From NCBI GenBank assembly GCA_036821485.1, contig DAISJM010000001.1, positions 140,313 to 204,312 of the forward strand: 64,000 bases of DNA, read 5' to 3'. Shown here piece by piece: positions 56,830-64,000 of the stretch; the first letter of the stretch is position 1, and every line of letters starts with the position of its first letter. The position numbers and the translations under genes are program-made. This DNA is from Verrucomicrobiota bacterium. Its GTDB lineage: Bacteria; Verrucomicrobiota; Kiritimatiellia; CAIQIC01; JAGNIJ01. The notes beneath the pieces were generated by a model. The model was given only the letters and a program-made list of their open reading frames with translations. It was not told where the DNA came from and ran no database searches.

Positions 56830-57816
56830 TTACTCCTCCGACGTGTGGAAGACCTTGACGTAGTACTTGTCCTTCAGGCGCTGAATCCACGCCTTGTACA
56901 AGCGATCTTCCTCTGTCTTGCGAAGTTCTTTCTCAATGGACTGCTGCGCCTCTTCGAAGGGCGTTACTGCGGCGCTCTTCTTCGCCTCGACCTTGAGAAT
57001 GTAGAGTTCGTCCTGGGTGGGGATGACCTCGCTGATGCGCCCCGGCTCAAGCCCGTTGGCTGCATCGGCCAATTCCGGGCGGAGGCTGCCGGGCTCGACC
57101 CAGCCCATGTCGCCGCCTTTTGCCGCCTTGATGCCCTCCGACGATGCTTTGGCGACCTCGCCAAAGTCCTCGCCTGCGAGCAAGCGTTCGCGGATATGCT
57201 CTGCTTCACCAAGCTTTGCAGCCTGATCTTCCTCTGTCGTACCCTTGTGCAGCGCAATCATGCGGAGCTTGATCTGGGCCGGGGTACGATACTTGTCGAT
57301 GCTGGCATCATAGACTTCGCGCACGGCGCGCGGCGCGATGATGACCTTGTCGGTCACTTCCTTCCGCCGGAGAATGGTGACCTCGAGGCGGTTTCGGGTC
57401 TCCGTGCGCCAGTCGTCCAGCGTCAGGCGATCTTCCGTGAGGGCCTTGAGGAAGGCCGCGCGGTCGTTGTTGAAGTGATCGCTGACAATCTCGCTGATCT
57501 GATCGTCGATGAAGCGGTCCGGGATCACTCCGCCTTGGGCCGTGAATTCCTCGAGGATGAGGGCACGCTCTATCAGCGCCTGAAGACCGGTCTGGAAGGC
57601 TTCTTCTGTCTTGGTTTCCAGTTCGTCGCCTGAGTAGCTGCTTTCCAGCTGGAGCCGAACGGGTTGAATGAGTGCCAGCACATCGCCGACCGTGATCACG
57701 CGGCTGTTGACCAGAGCGGCGTAACCATCCACTTCCATGCCGGCGCCGTGCGAGGGTCCGGCGCAACAGGCCAGGACGGCGGCCGCGAATAGAACCATAT
57801 ACAGACGTGTTTTCAT
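56830..57816 (-). CDS. surA: SurA/PpiC-type peptidyl-prolyl isomerase chaperone
   Basis: Signal peptide; ALVNSRVIT; FGEVAKASS....KGGDMGW; position upstream of pdxA-rsmA. Confidence 0.8.
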   Translation of the reverse strand: MKTRLYMVLFAAAVLACCAGPSHGAGMEVDGYAALVNSRVITVGDVLALIQPVRLQLESSYSGDELETKTEEAFQTGLQALIERALILEEFTAQGGVIPDRFIDDQISEIVSDHFNNDRAAFLKALTEDRLTLDDWRTETRNRLEVTILRRKEVTDKVIIAPRAVREVYDASIDKYRTPAQIKLRMIALHKGTTEEDQAAKLGEAEHIRERLLAGEDFGEVAKASSEGIKAAKGGDMGWVEPGSLRPELADAANGLEPGRISEVIPTQDELYILKVEAKKSAAVTPFEEAQQSIEKELRKTEEDRLYKAWIQRLKDKYYVKVFHTSEE

Positions 57817-57875
57817 GGGTAAATCGATATCGGCCGAATATGGCAGATGAATCCGGCCTTCGCAACGTGTTTCAA

Positions 57876-58835
57876 TCAGACCGGCGGCATGTCGATGAGT
57901 ACTTTGAGGGCACCCGGCTGGGTTGCGGCGGCAAAGGCCTCGACCGCGCGGTCGAGCGGAAAGCGGTGGGTGATCAGGCCTTCAAGCGGGAAGCAGTGTC
58001 GGGCGATTTCGGCGAGTCCGCGCCGGAAGTCGCCGCATCGTGAGCCGAGAATGTTGATCTCATGAATTACGACGGGGGCCAGGTTCATGCCGCCCTCGGC
58101 GGCGATCGTGGATTTTAGCACCACGGTGCCGCGTGGCCGGCAAAGCGCGATGGACTCCATGAGGCCCGCGGAGGTGCCGGTGGCTTCCACCACCACGTCT
58201 GCGCCACCGTCCTCCGCGCCGGTCTTTGCCGTTGTTCGGACGCCGTTCCATCGGGCCTTCTTCAGTTTCCCGGGGTGGTGCCCGACCAGCGTGACATGCC
58301 GCGAGACGGTGGAGAGGGCCCAGGCGCAAAGAATGCCCAGTTTGCCGTCGCCGAGTACCATGCAGCGGTCGGTCGGCGAGATGGGCAACTGATCCAGAAT
58401 TCGGAACGCGGCAGAAAGTGGCTCCACAAAAACCGCGGCATCGTCAGAAATGTCGTCCGGCACGGCGTACAGATTGGAGCTTGGAAGTGTGCAGTATTCG
58501 GCGAAGCAGCCGTCGAGGTTGAAGATGCCAAGCGTGGATCGGTTTGGGCAATGGTGGCCGAGCCCGCGTCGGCACCAATCGCAATCGCCGCATGCGGCGT
58601 TGATGTCGCCGACCACGCGCCGGCCGAGAAGCGATGCGTCATCGCTCTGATCGACGATACCGACGAACTCATGGCCGGGCACACCGCGGAAGTTCATGTA
58701 GCCGCGCGTGATTTCCTGGTCGGTCCGGCAGATGCCGGCGCGGATCACGCGGATGCGCGTCCAGCCGGGACGCGGAGCGGGAAGGGGATGATTCGCGTCG
58801 AGCCTCAGGTGGCCGTCAAACACCAGTGCTTTCAT
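57876..58835 (-). CDS. Zinc-dependent MDR alcohol dehydrogenase
   Basis: AGICRTD, GHEFVG, CGDCDWC.......C and GDGKLG motifs. Confidence 0.9.
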   Translation of the reverse strand: MKALVFDGHLRLDANHPLPAPRPGWTRIRVIRAGICRTDQEITRGYMNFRGVPGHEFVGIVDQSDDASLLGRRVVGDINAACGDCDWCRRGLGHHCPNRSTLGIFNLDGCFAEYCTLPSSNLYAVPDDISDDAAVFVEPLSAAFRILDQLPISPTDRCMVLGDGKLGILCAWALSTVSRHVTLVGHHPGKLKKARWNGVRTTAKTGAEDGGADVVVEATGTSAGLMESIALCRPRGTVVLKSTIAAEGGMNLAPVVIHEINILGSRCGDFRRGLAEIARHCFPLEGLITHRFPLDRAVEAFAAATQPGALKVLIDMPPV

Positions 58836-58889
58836 GAGCGTCACCATATCGGGCGCGGGACCGGCGATCAAGTGCCTTGCGGCACATGC

Positions 58890-58918
58890 TTGACACCGTG
58901 GTCGGTGATTCCTAGCGT
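58890..58918 (+). promoter_or_regulatory. Sigma70 promoter TTGACA-17-TAGCGT
   Basis: Consensus spacing, 30 bp upstream of ATG 58949. Confidence 0.55.
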
Positions 58919-58948
58919 AGTCGTCCAATATTCCAACGAGGGGTTGCC

Positions 58949-60043
58949 ATGAACATCGGTATCGTCGGATGCGGCAATGTCAGCGATGTGTACCTCCAGA
59001 ACCTCAAGCGCTTCGATGCTGTGAGCGTTCGGGCGTGCGCTGATGTGGACGCTGAACGCGCCCGGGCGAAAGCGGAGCATCATGCGATTGCGCGGGCCTG
59101 CACCATGGATGAACTCGTGACCGATCCCGAGATTCAGTTGATCGTCAATCTAACCCCGCCCAAAACGCACTTTGACATCGCGCTGAAGGCGCTCGAGGCG
59201 GGCAAGCACGTTTACAATGAGAAGCCGTTGGCCCTGACTCGTGACGAGGGCCGGCGGCTGATGGACCTGGCCGCGTCGAAGGGCCTCCGGGTTGGCGGCG
59301 CGCCGGACACCTTTATGGGTTCCTCGCTGCAGACTTGCCGAAAGGTCATCGATTCGGGCGTGATTGGCGTACCCGTGGCGGCGTCGGCCTTCATGCTTTG
59401 TCATGGTCACGAGAGCTGGCACCCCAACCCCGGGTTCTTCTATGAGGCGGGTGGCGGCCCCCTGTTCGACATGGGGCCCTACTACCTTACAGCGCTGGTC
59501 AGTCTTATCGGGCCGATACGTCGTGTTGCCGGCTCCGCCTCTTCGGCATTTCCCGAGCGCACGGTGGGTGCCGGCGAGAAGCAGGGGCAGAAGATTGCCG
59601 TGCAAACGCCCACCCATATCGGGGCGTTGCTCGAGTTCGCCGAAGGACAAGCCGGTACGCTCACGATGAGTTTCGACGTGTGGCACCACCAGCTTCCGTG
59701 CATCGAGGTCTACTGCACGGACGGCACGCTGAGCGTGCCGGATCCCAATATGTTTGATGGCGAGGTGCGTGTTCGTGCGTCCAACGGCAAGACGTGGCGG
59801 AAGATTGGTTCGACCCATGGCTACGCGGAGAACAGTCGCGGGCTGGGTGTGGCCGACATGGCCCGCGCGATCGACACCGGACGCCCGCATCGCGCCAGCG
59901 GGGAGATGACTTTTCACGTGCTGGACGTGATGCAGTCCATCCTGGAGGCGGCCCGCGAAGGCCGGCACGTGGATGTGGCAAGCCGTTGTGCGAGGCCGGC
60001 GCGCATGCCGCAGGAAATGGAATTCGGGCAGATCGACGACTAG
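58949..60043 (+). CDS. Gfo/Idh/MocA family oxidoreductase
   Basis: IGIVGCGNVS, HVYNEKPLA and GGPLFDMGPYY motifs. Confidence 0.9.
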   Translation: MNIGIVGCGNVSDVYLQNLKRFDAVSVRACADVDAERARAKAEHHAIARACTMDELVTDPEIQLIVNLTPPKTHFDIALKALEAGKHVYNEKPLALTRDEGRRLMDLAASKGLRVGGAPDTFMGSSLQTCRKVIDSGVIGVPVAASAFMLCHGHESWHPNPGFFYEAGGGPLFDMGPYYLTALVSLIGPIRRVAGSASSAFPERTVGAGEKQGQKIAVQTPTHIGALLEFAEGQAGTLTMSFDVWHHQLPCIEVYCTDGTLSVPDPNMFDGEVRVRASNGKTWRKIGSTHGYAENSRGLGVADMARAIDTGRPHRASGEMTFHVLDVMQSILEAAREGRHVDVASRCARPARMPQEMEFGQIDD

Positions 60044-60052
60044 CTGCGATTA

Positions 60053-61453
60053 CTACTCTTTTCCTGTCCAGCAGTAGGTGCAGACCTTTTCCGCGGGCAG
60101 GCCGATGGCCTCGATGAGATCCTCGATGCGCTGATATTTCAGCGTGGTCAGCCCGAGCCGCTTTCGGATGGACTCGACCATCGCGCAGTGTTTTTCCGAG
60201 TCGGACAGTGCGTAGGTTTGCAGATCTTTTCCGTCTTCGCCTTCGAGTTCTTTGACGGCGCGCCGGCCCGCAAGATCCAGCTCCGACCGTGAACGCGAGA
60301 AGTTCAGGAACTTGCAGCCGAACAGGAGCGGCGGGCAGGCCGGACGCATATGCACTTCCTTTGCGCCGCTGTCAAAGAGACGCTTGATGGTGTCCTGTAG
60401 TTGGGTTCCGCGCACGATGGAGTCTTCGCAGAACAGCAGCTTCTTGTCCTTGATGATTTCCCGAACCGGGATCAACTTCATGCGGGCGACCAGATCCCGG
60501 ATGCCTTGATCCTGCGGCATGAAGCTGCGCGGCCAGGTGGGTGTGTATTTCACGAACGGCCGGCGGTAAGGAATCTTCGCCTCGCTGGCGTACCCGATTG
60601 CATGGCCGACGCCGGAGTCGGGGATGCCGGCCACCATGTCGACCTGGACATTGTCCTTCCGCGCGAGTGCCGCGCCGCACCGATTACGCGCGTCTTCGAC
60701 GTTGATCCCTTCGTAGCTGGAGGCCGGGTAGCCGTAATAGACCCACAGGAAAGCGCAGATCTGCATCCGTTGCTGCGGTGGGCGGCGCTGTTCCACGCCT
60801 TCCGGCGTGATGCGGACGATTTCGCCGGGACCCAGGTCCCTCGTGACCTCGTAGCCAAGGTTGGGAAACGCGCAGGTCTCCATGGTGACGGCATAGGAGT
60901 CGTCCTTCTTGCCCAGGATCACCGGTGTGCGGCCGAGCCGGTCGCGTGAGGCATAAATCCCGTGATCCGTGAGCAACAGGATGGATGCGGAACCCTCAAT
61001 CGCGGCCTGGGCCTTCTGAATGCCGGCCTCGAAGGTCGCCTCTTCGTTGATCAGGGTGGCGATGATTTCCGTCGGGTTGATTTCTTCGCCGCTCATTTCG
61101 GAGAAGTGTGTCGTCCGCTTCTGGAACGCCTTCTTTGTCAACTCTTCGGCGTTCTTTACCACGCCCACCGTCACGATGGCGTAGGTGCCGAGATGCGAGC
61201 CGATGATAAGCGGTTGGTCTTCGTAGTCGCTGATCACGCCGATGCCGGTGTGGCCGTGCAGCTTGGTGATGTCGTGTTCAAACTTTGAGCGGAACTGCGC
61301 ATTGGAGATGTCGTGGATGAATCGGTTGAGCCCGTTGCCATTGCGAACGGCCAGGCCGCCACGCTTGGTGCCCAGATGCGAGTGATAGTCTGTTCCGTAG
61401 AAGAGATCGGTGACACAGTCCTGTTTCGAGGCCACGCCGAAGAAGCCGCCCAT
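60053..61453 (-). CDS. purF: Amidophosphoribosyltransferase-like protein lacking the N-terminal catalytic Cys
   Basis: GGAGG RBS; MGGFFG start; RDRLGRTP, GIPDSG, PRPP loop EDSIVRGT; Fe-S Cys (ICAF, RPACPP..FGC, CTYC). Confidence 0.8.
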   Translation of the reverse strand: MGGFFGVASKQDCVTDLFYGTDYHSHLGTKRGGLAVRNGNGLNRFIHDISNAQFRSKFEHDITKLHGHTGIGVISDYEDQPLIIGSHLGTYAIVTVGVVKNAEELTKKAFQKRTTHFSEMSGEEINPTEIIATLINEEATFEAGIQKAQAAIEGSASILLLTDHGIYASRDRLGRTPVILGKKDDSYAVTMETCAFPNLGYEVTRDLGPGEIVRITPEGVEQRRPPQQRMQICAFLWVYYGYPASSYEGINVEDARNRCGAALARKDNVQVDMVAGIPDSGVGHAIGYASEAKIPYRRPFVKYTPTWPRSFMPQDQGIRDLVARMKLIPVREIIKDKKLLFCEDSIVRGTQLQDTIKRLFDSGAKEVHMRPACPPLLFGCKFLNFSRSRSELDLAGRRAVKELEGEDGKDLQTYALSDSEKHCAMVESIRKRLGLTTLKYQRIEDLIEAIGLPAEKVCTYCWTGKE

Positions 61454-61510
61454 GAGAGTCCTCCTGTTGAAAACCCGGATGATAGTGTGGCGATCGCGGA
61501 ACGGCAAGGT

Positions 61511-62203
61511 TCAGTGAACAAGATCGGCAAATCCGCGCCGCGCCTCATCGGCGAAGCAGCGGACGAGGGCTTCATCCTTCCGGCCATCGGGGCCTTCGAC
61601 GCCGGTATGGGCGTCGACGCCAGCGGGATGGACCCGGGCAATGGCGTCATAGACGTTGTCGGGCTTGAGGCCACCTGCGAGGATGACGGGCCGCGGAGAG
61701 ATCGCGACGAGGTTGGCGCTGATCCGCCAATCGTGAAGCTTCCCTGTCGCGCCGGTCGCCCCGGTGGCGGGGTCGTAAGTGTCGGTGATGAAGGCATCCA
61801 CAACGTCTGCGAGGTCAGCGACTTCGCGTTGCAGGCCGGATTCGTTTTCGCCGCGCACAATCAGACTCTTGATGACCAGAAGTTCCGGATCGAGCCTGCG
61901 CAGTTCAGCCAATTCGCCCCGCGACACATCGCCGTGAAGTTGGACGTGCCGCGAGCCGAGTTTCCGGCAGAAAGCATCGATGTCGCGCGCCTTGTCGAGA
62001 TAGGTGATCAGCACTCCAAACGATGGGGCGGGAAGGGAGGCGATGATTCGGGCTGCCTCGTCCTCCGTGAGGTCCTCCCGGTGGACGGCAAGGCGCAGCG
62101 GAAAGCCGAGTGCCGGAACGCCGCAACGGATGACGAGGTCTGCCTCTGCGGAGTCGCAGATGCCGGCGATCTGGATGAACGGATAAGGCAGAACCGGTTT
62201 CAT
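61511..62203 (-). CDS. trpF: Phosphoribosylanthranilate isomerase-like (beta/alpha)8 protein
   Basis: VQLHG, ITDT, GKLHDW, LAGGLKPDNV and GVEGPDGRKD motifs; N-terminal IQIAG in place of VKICG. Confidence 0.75.
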   Translation of the reverse strand: MKPVLPYPFIQIAGICDSAEADLVIRCGVPALGFPLRLAVHREDLTEDEAARIIASLPAPSFGVLITYLDKARDIDAFCRKLGSRHVQLHGDVSRGELAELRRLDPELLVIKSLIVRGENESGLQREVADLADVVDAFITDTYDPATGATGATGKLHDWRISANLVAISPRPVILAGGLKPDNVYDAIARVHPAGVDAHTGVEGPDGRKDEALVRCFADEARRGFADLVH

Positions 62204-62258
62204 GATGGCTGTTCCACGGTGTCACAAAAGACGGCCGCGGACAAGCGTGCCGCTTGCG

Positions 62259-62543
62259 TCAGTCACGATAAACTTCGTCGTGCGAACCGATGTCCAGCAG
62301 CACGATCTCCCGGGCTTTGACCCGGAGTATCAGGACGATACGGTGACTGTACGTCAAGCTGGCGGCGAGCTTTCCGTGATGCTTGCCTTTTAATGCATGC
62401 AATCGCAGCCGGGGCGCATGAGGGTCGTCCTCGAGTTGCTTGAGTGCTGCGTGGAGTTCGCCTGCCAGCTCCGGGTTCCGGCGGATGAACTTTTTTGCTG
62501 TTCGCAGGAACGATTCGGTCCAGACGAGTTGGTGGGTGGGCAT
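62259..62543 (-). CDS. RelE/ParE-superfamily (YafQ/HigB-like) mRNA interferase toxin
   Basis: LVWTESFLRTAKK, DDPH.P.LRLHALKG, LLDIGSHDEVY motifs. Confidence 0.85.
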   Translation of the reverse strand: MPTHQLVWTESFLRTAKKFIRRNPELAGELHAALKQLEDDPHAPRLRLHALKGKHHGKLAASLTYSHRIVLILRVKAREIVLLDIGSHDEVYRD

Positions 62544-62547
62544 CGCG

Positions 62548-62802
62548 TCACGCACCTTTTCGAATGGCGTGCATCAACTGCGCGGCGGACCCGCGCTGGA
62601 TGCGGCCTGCCTTCAGATCGGCATCCGATGCCGCCAGCCGCGCTTCGGCAAGGTCGTTCAGCATTTGCTGATAGTCGGATTCCGACATGACAACGTACTG
62701 GGCCCGACTCTCCTTGATGACGTGGACGGGCCCGTTCTCCACAGGCTTGTCCACGGCCGAGATGCCGCGCCGCTTGATTTCCCCAGCCGATATGATGTTC
62801 AT
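62548..62802 (-). CDS. Phd/YefM-family antitoxin
   Basis: ISAGEIKRRG...GPVHVI......YVVMSESDY; directly upstream of the toxin. Confidence 0.8.
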   Translation of the reverse strand: MNIISAGEIKRRGISAVDKPVENGPVHVIKESRAQYVVMSESDYQQMLNDLAEARLAASDADLKAGRIQRGSAAQLMHAIRKGA

Positions 62803-62817
62803 CTGGATTCCTTTGTC

Positions 62818-62854
62818 ACAGTACTAATATAAGTACCGTATAAGGTACTGTCAA
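62818..62854 (-). promoter_or_regulatory. TA promoter TTGACA-17-TATATT with ACAGTAC...GTACTGT operator
   Basis: Near-consensus hexamers; GTAC cores at 62821, 62833 and 62845 (12-bp period). Confidence 0.75.
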
Positions 62855-62870
62855 CAGTGCTGGGTGGGCT

Positions 62871-63602
62871 TCAGGTCTCAAAGTCGCAGATCAGGGGCAG
62901 GTGATCTGAGAAAAGGACGCGCGGCATCTCGAAGTGGGTTACGCGGATGTCCGGGCTATGGAGGATGAAGTCGATTTCGCGCTTCGGCGAACGGCTGGGA
63001 TGCGTGGGCAAATCATTCACATTTGCGCTGCGGAGGCCGGAGGCGGCAAGGAAGAGCTCGATCTCGTCATCGCCCCACAGGGGATTGAAGTCGCCGACCA
63101 CGATGCAGGGCTTCTTGACCTCCTTGACCATCTTGTAGAGGTCGAATAGCTGCCCGTGGCGGTGCCGGAACTTGACCGAAAGGTGCACGAGGAAAATCGT
63201 GAGGTCGTCCAGCTCGAGTTCGATGACGAGCCGCTTGATGCCTTTGCGGAAGTAGTGGAACTTCTGCGTCTTGATCTCCTCGCTCGTCAGGAATGCGTTG
63301 ACCTGCTTGCTGACGATGGGCAGCCGCCGGATCATCGAGGAGCTGTCGTATTTCGATTCGTAAATGTGGTAATGGCCTAGGGCCTTGGCGATGACGGAAG
63401 CCTGGTTGAGTTTGCGCGCGCGGAACGAGCCGCTATCCACCTCGATCAGACCGACGATGTCCGGCTTGTAGGACTTGATGAACGCCGTGATGTTCTCAAG
63501 ATTCTCACCGGTGTGCTTGAGGTACCCGCCGAACGGAACAGGAAGGTGGAAGCGCGCGCCGGCCCCGGTCCCGTAACGCATGTTGTACGCAAGCAGTCTC
63601 AT
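62871..63602 (-). CDS. Endonuclease/exonuclease/phosphatase (EEP) family protein
   Basis: LAYNM, DIVGLIEVD, VHLS, GDFN, IDFI and SDHLPL motifs. Confidence 0.88.
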   Translation of the reverse strand: MRLLAYNMRYGTGAGARFHLPVPFGGYLKHTGENLENITAFIKSYKPDIVGLIEVDSGSFRARKLNQASVIAKALGHYHIYESKYDSSSMIRRLPIVSKQVNAFLTSEEIKTQKFHYFRKGIKRLVIELELDDLTIFLVHLSVKFRHRHGQLFDLYKMVKEVKKPCIVVGDFNPLWGDDEIELFLAASGLRSANVNDLPTHPSRSPKREIDFILHSPDIRVTHFEMPRVLFSDHLPLICDFET

Positions 63603-63640
63603 CGCCCAGCAGACTACCCCTTGCGGGCAGAATCATCAAA

Positions 63641-63690
63641 TTTTCCAATGATTGGAAAATGCGGGGCCTGTTTTTCCAATGATTGGAAAA
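63641..63690. repeat. TTTTCCAA-N3-TTGGAAAA palindrome doublet, 31-bp period
   Basis: Units at 63641 and 63672 (both TGA centre) with a 12-bp spacer, between mfd and the EEP gene. Confidence 0.9.
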
Positions 63691-63700
63691 ACCAGTGACA

Positions 63701-64000
63701 TCAGGCCTTGCGGGCCAGTGCGAGGAGTTCGTCAAGGCAGGCTGAGGGGTCGGTGGAGATGAGGCGAGGGAAGCGGCTGCCGGTCATGAGGTAGTCCCGG
63801 TCGCGCATCATCATCACTTTGCCCTCGCGCGTTTCGATGGACTGGAGGCGGCGTGTGGAGGCGACAATGCGGAGCCGGGCAACTTGGAGGAGGCGTTCAG
63901 TTGGCATGGGCAGCGGGCCGAAGCGGTCACGGAAGTCCTCGGCGATGGCGTCGATGTCCGGCTCGGTGACGGCTGCGGCGATCTTGCGGTATGCGGCGAG
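63701..64000 (-). CDS. mfd: Transcription-repair coupling factor, C-terminal TRCF domain (partial)
   Basis: LAAYRKIAAA......I.EDFRDRFGPLP...RLL.VARLR. Confidence 0.85.
   Translation of the reverse strand, partial: LAAYRKIAAAVTEPDIDAIAEDFRDRFGPLPMPTERLLQVARLRIVASTRRLQSIETREGKVMMMRDRDYLMTGSRFPRLISTDPSACLDELLALARKA

Overview
High-GC bacterial chromosomal window, most likely from the PVC superphylum (Kiritimatiellota/Verrucomicrobiota-like). This placement is inferred from a PEP-CTERM protein, a dnaK-groES-groEL operon, a PVC-type rpoZ, an archaeal/eukaryote-type ProRS, and several secreted proteins ending in DxDGDG repeats plus a shared ...YR C-terminal domain. The left half (1-41 kb) is accessory. 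It holds GH3, GH97 and GH10 glycosidases, a VWA protein, an MFS transporter, a soluble Ser/Thr kinase-LRR-C-type-lectin protein, a signal-peptide RHS protein with a translationally coupled single-YD partner, radical SAM enzymes, an ABC-F and a VapBC module. The right half is mostly housekeeping: 2-oxoacid dehydrogenase E1a/E1b/E2, ruvAB, proS, dnaK-groESL, rpoZ, smpB, rsmA-pdxA-surA, purF-like, trpF-like, a Phd-RelE type toxin-antitoxin pair and the mfd 3' end. I found no tRNA, rRNA, CRISPR array or transposase. The most unusual non-coding signal is a dispersed 19-bp palindrome, TTTTCCAA-N3-TTGGAAAA. It occurs in four tandem arrays with an invariant 31-bp period, and the only triple array lies in frame inside the RHS signal-peptide region. 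Several other intergenic repeat families are present (GTAG-type REP doublets, 10-bp-phased CACTAA arrays, heptamer tracts), and one has also been captured in a protein. All product calls come from motif recognition by eye; no database search was run.
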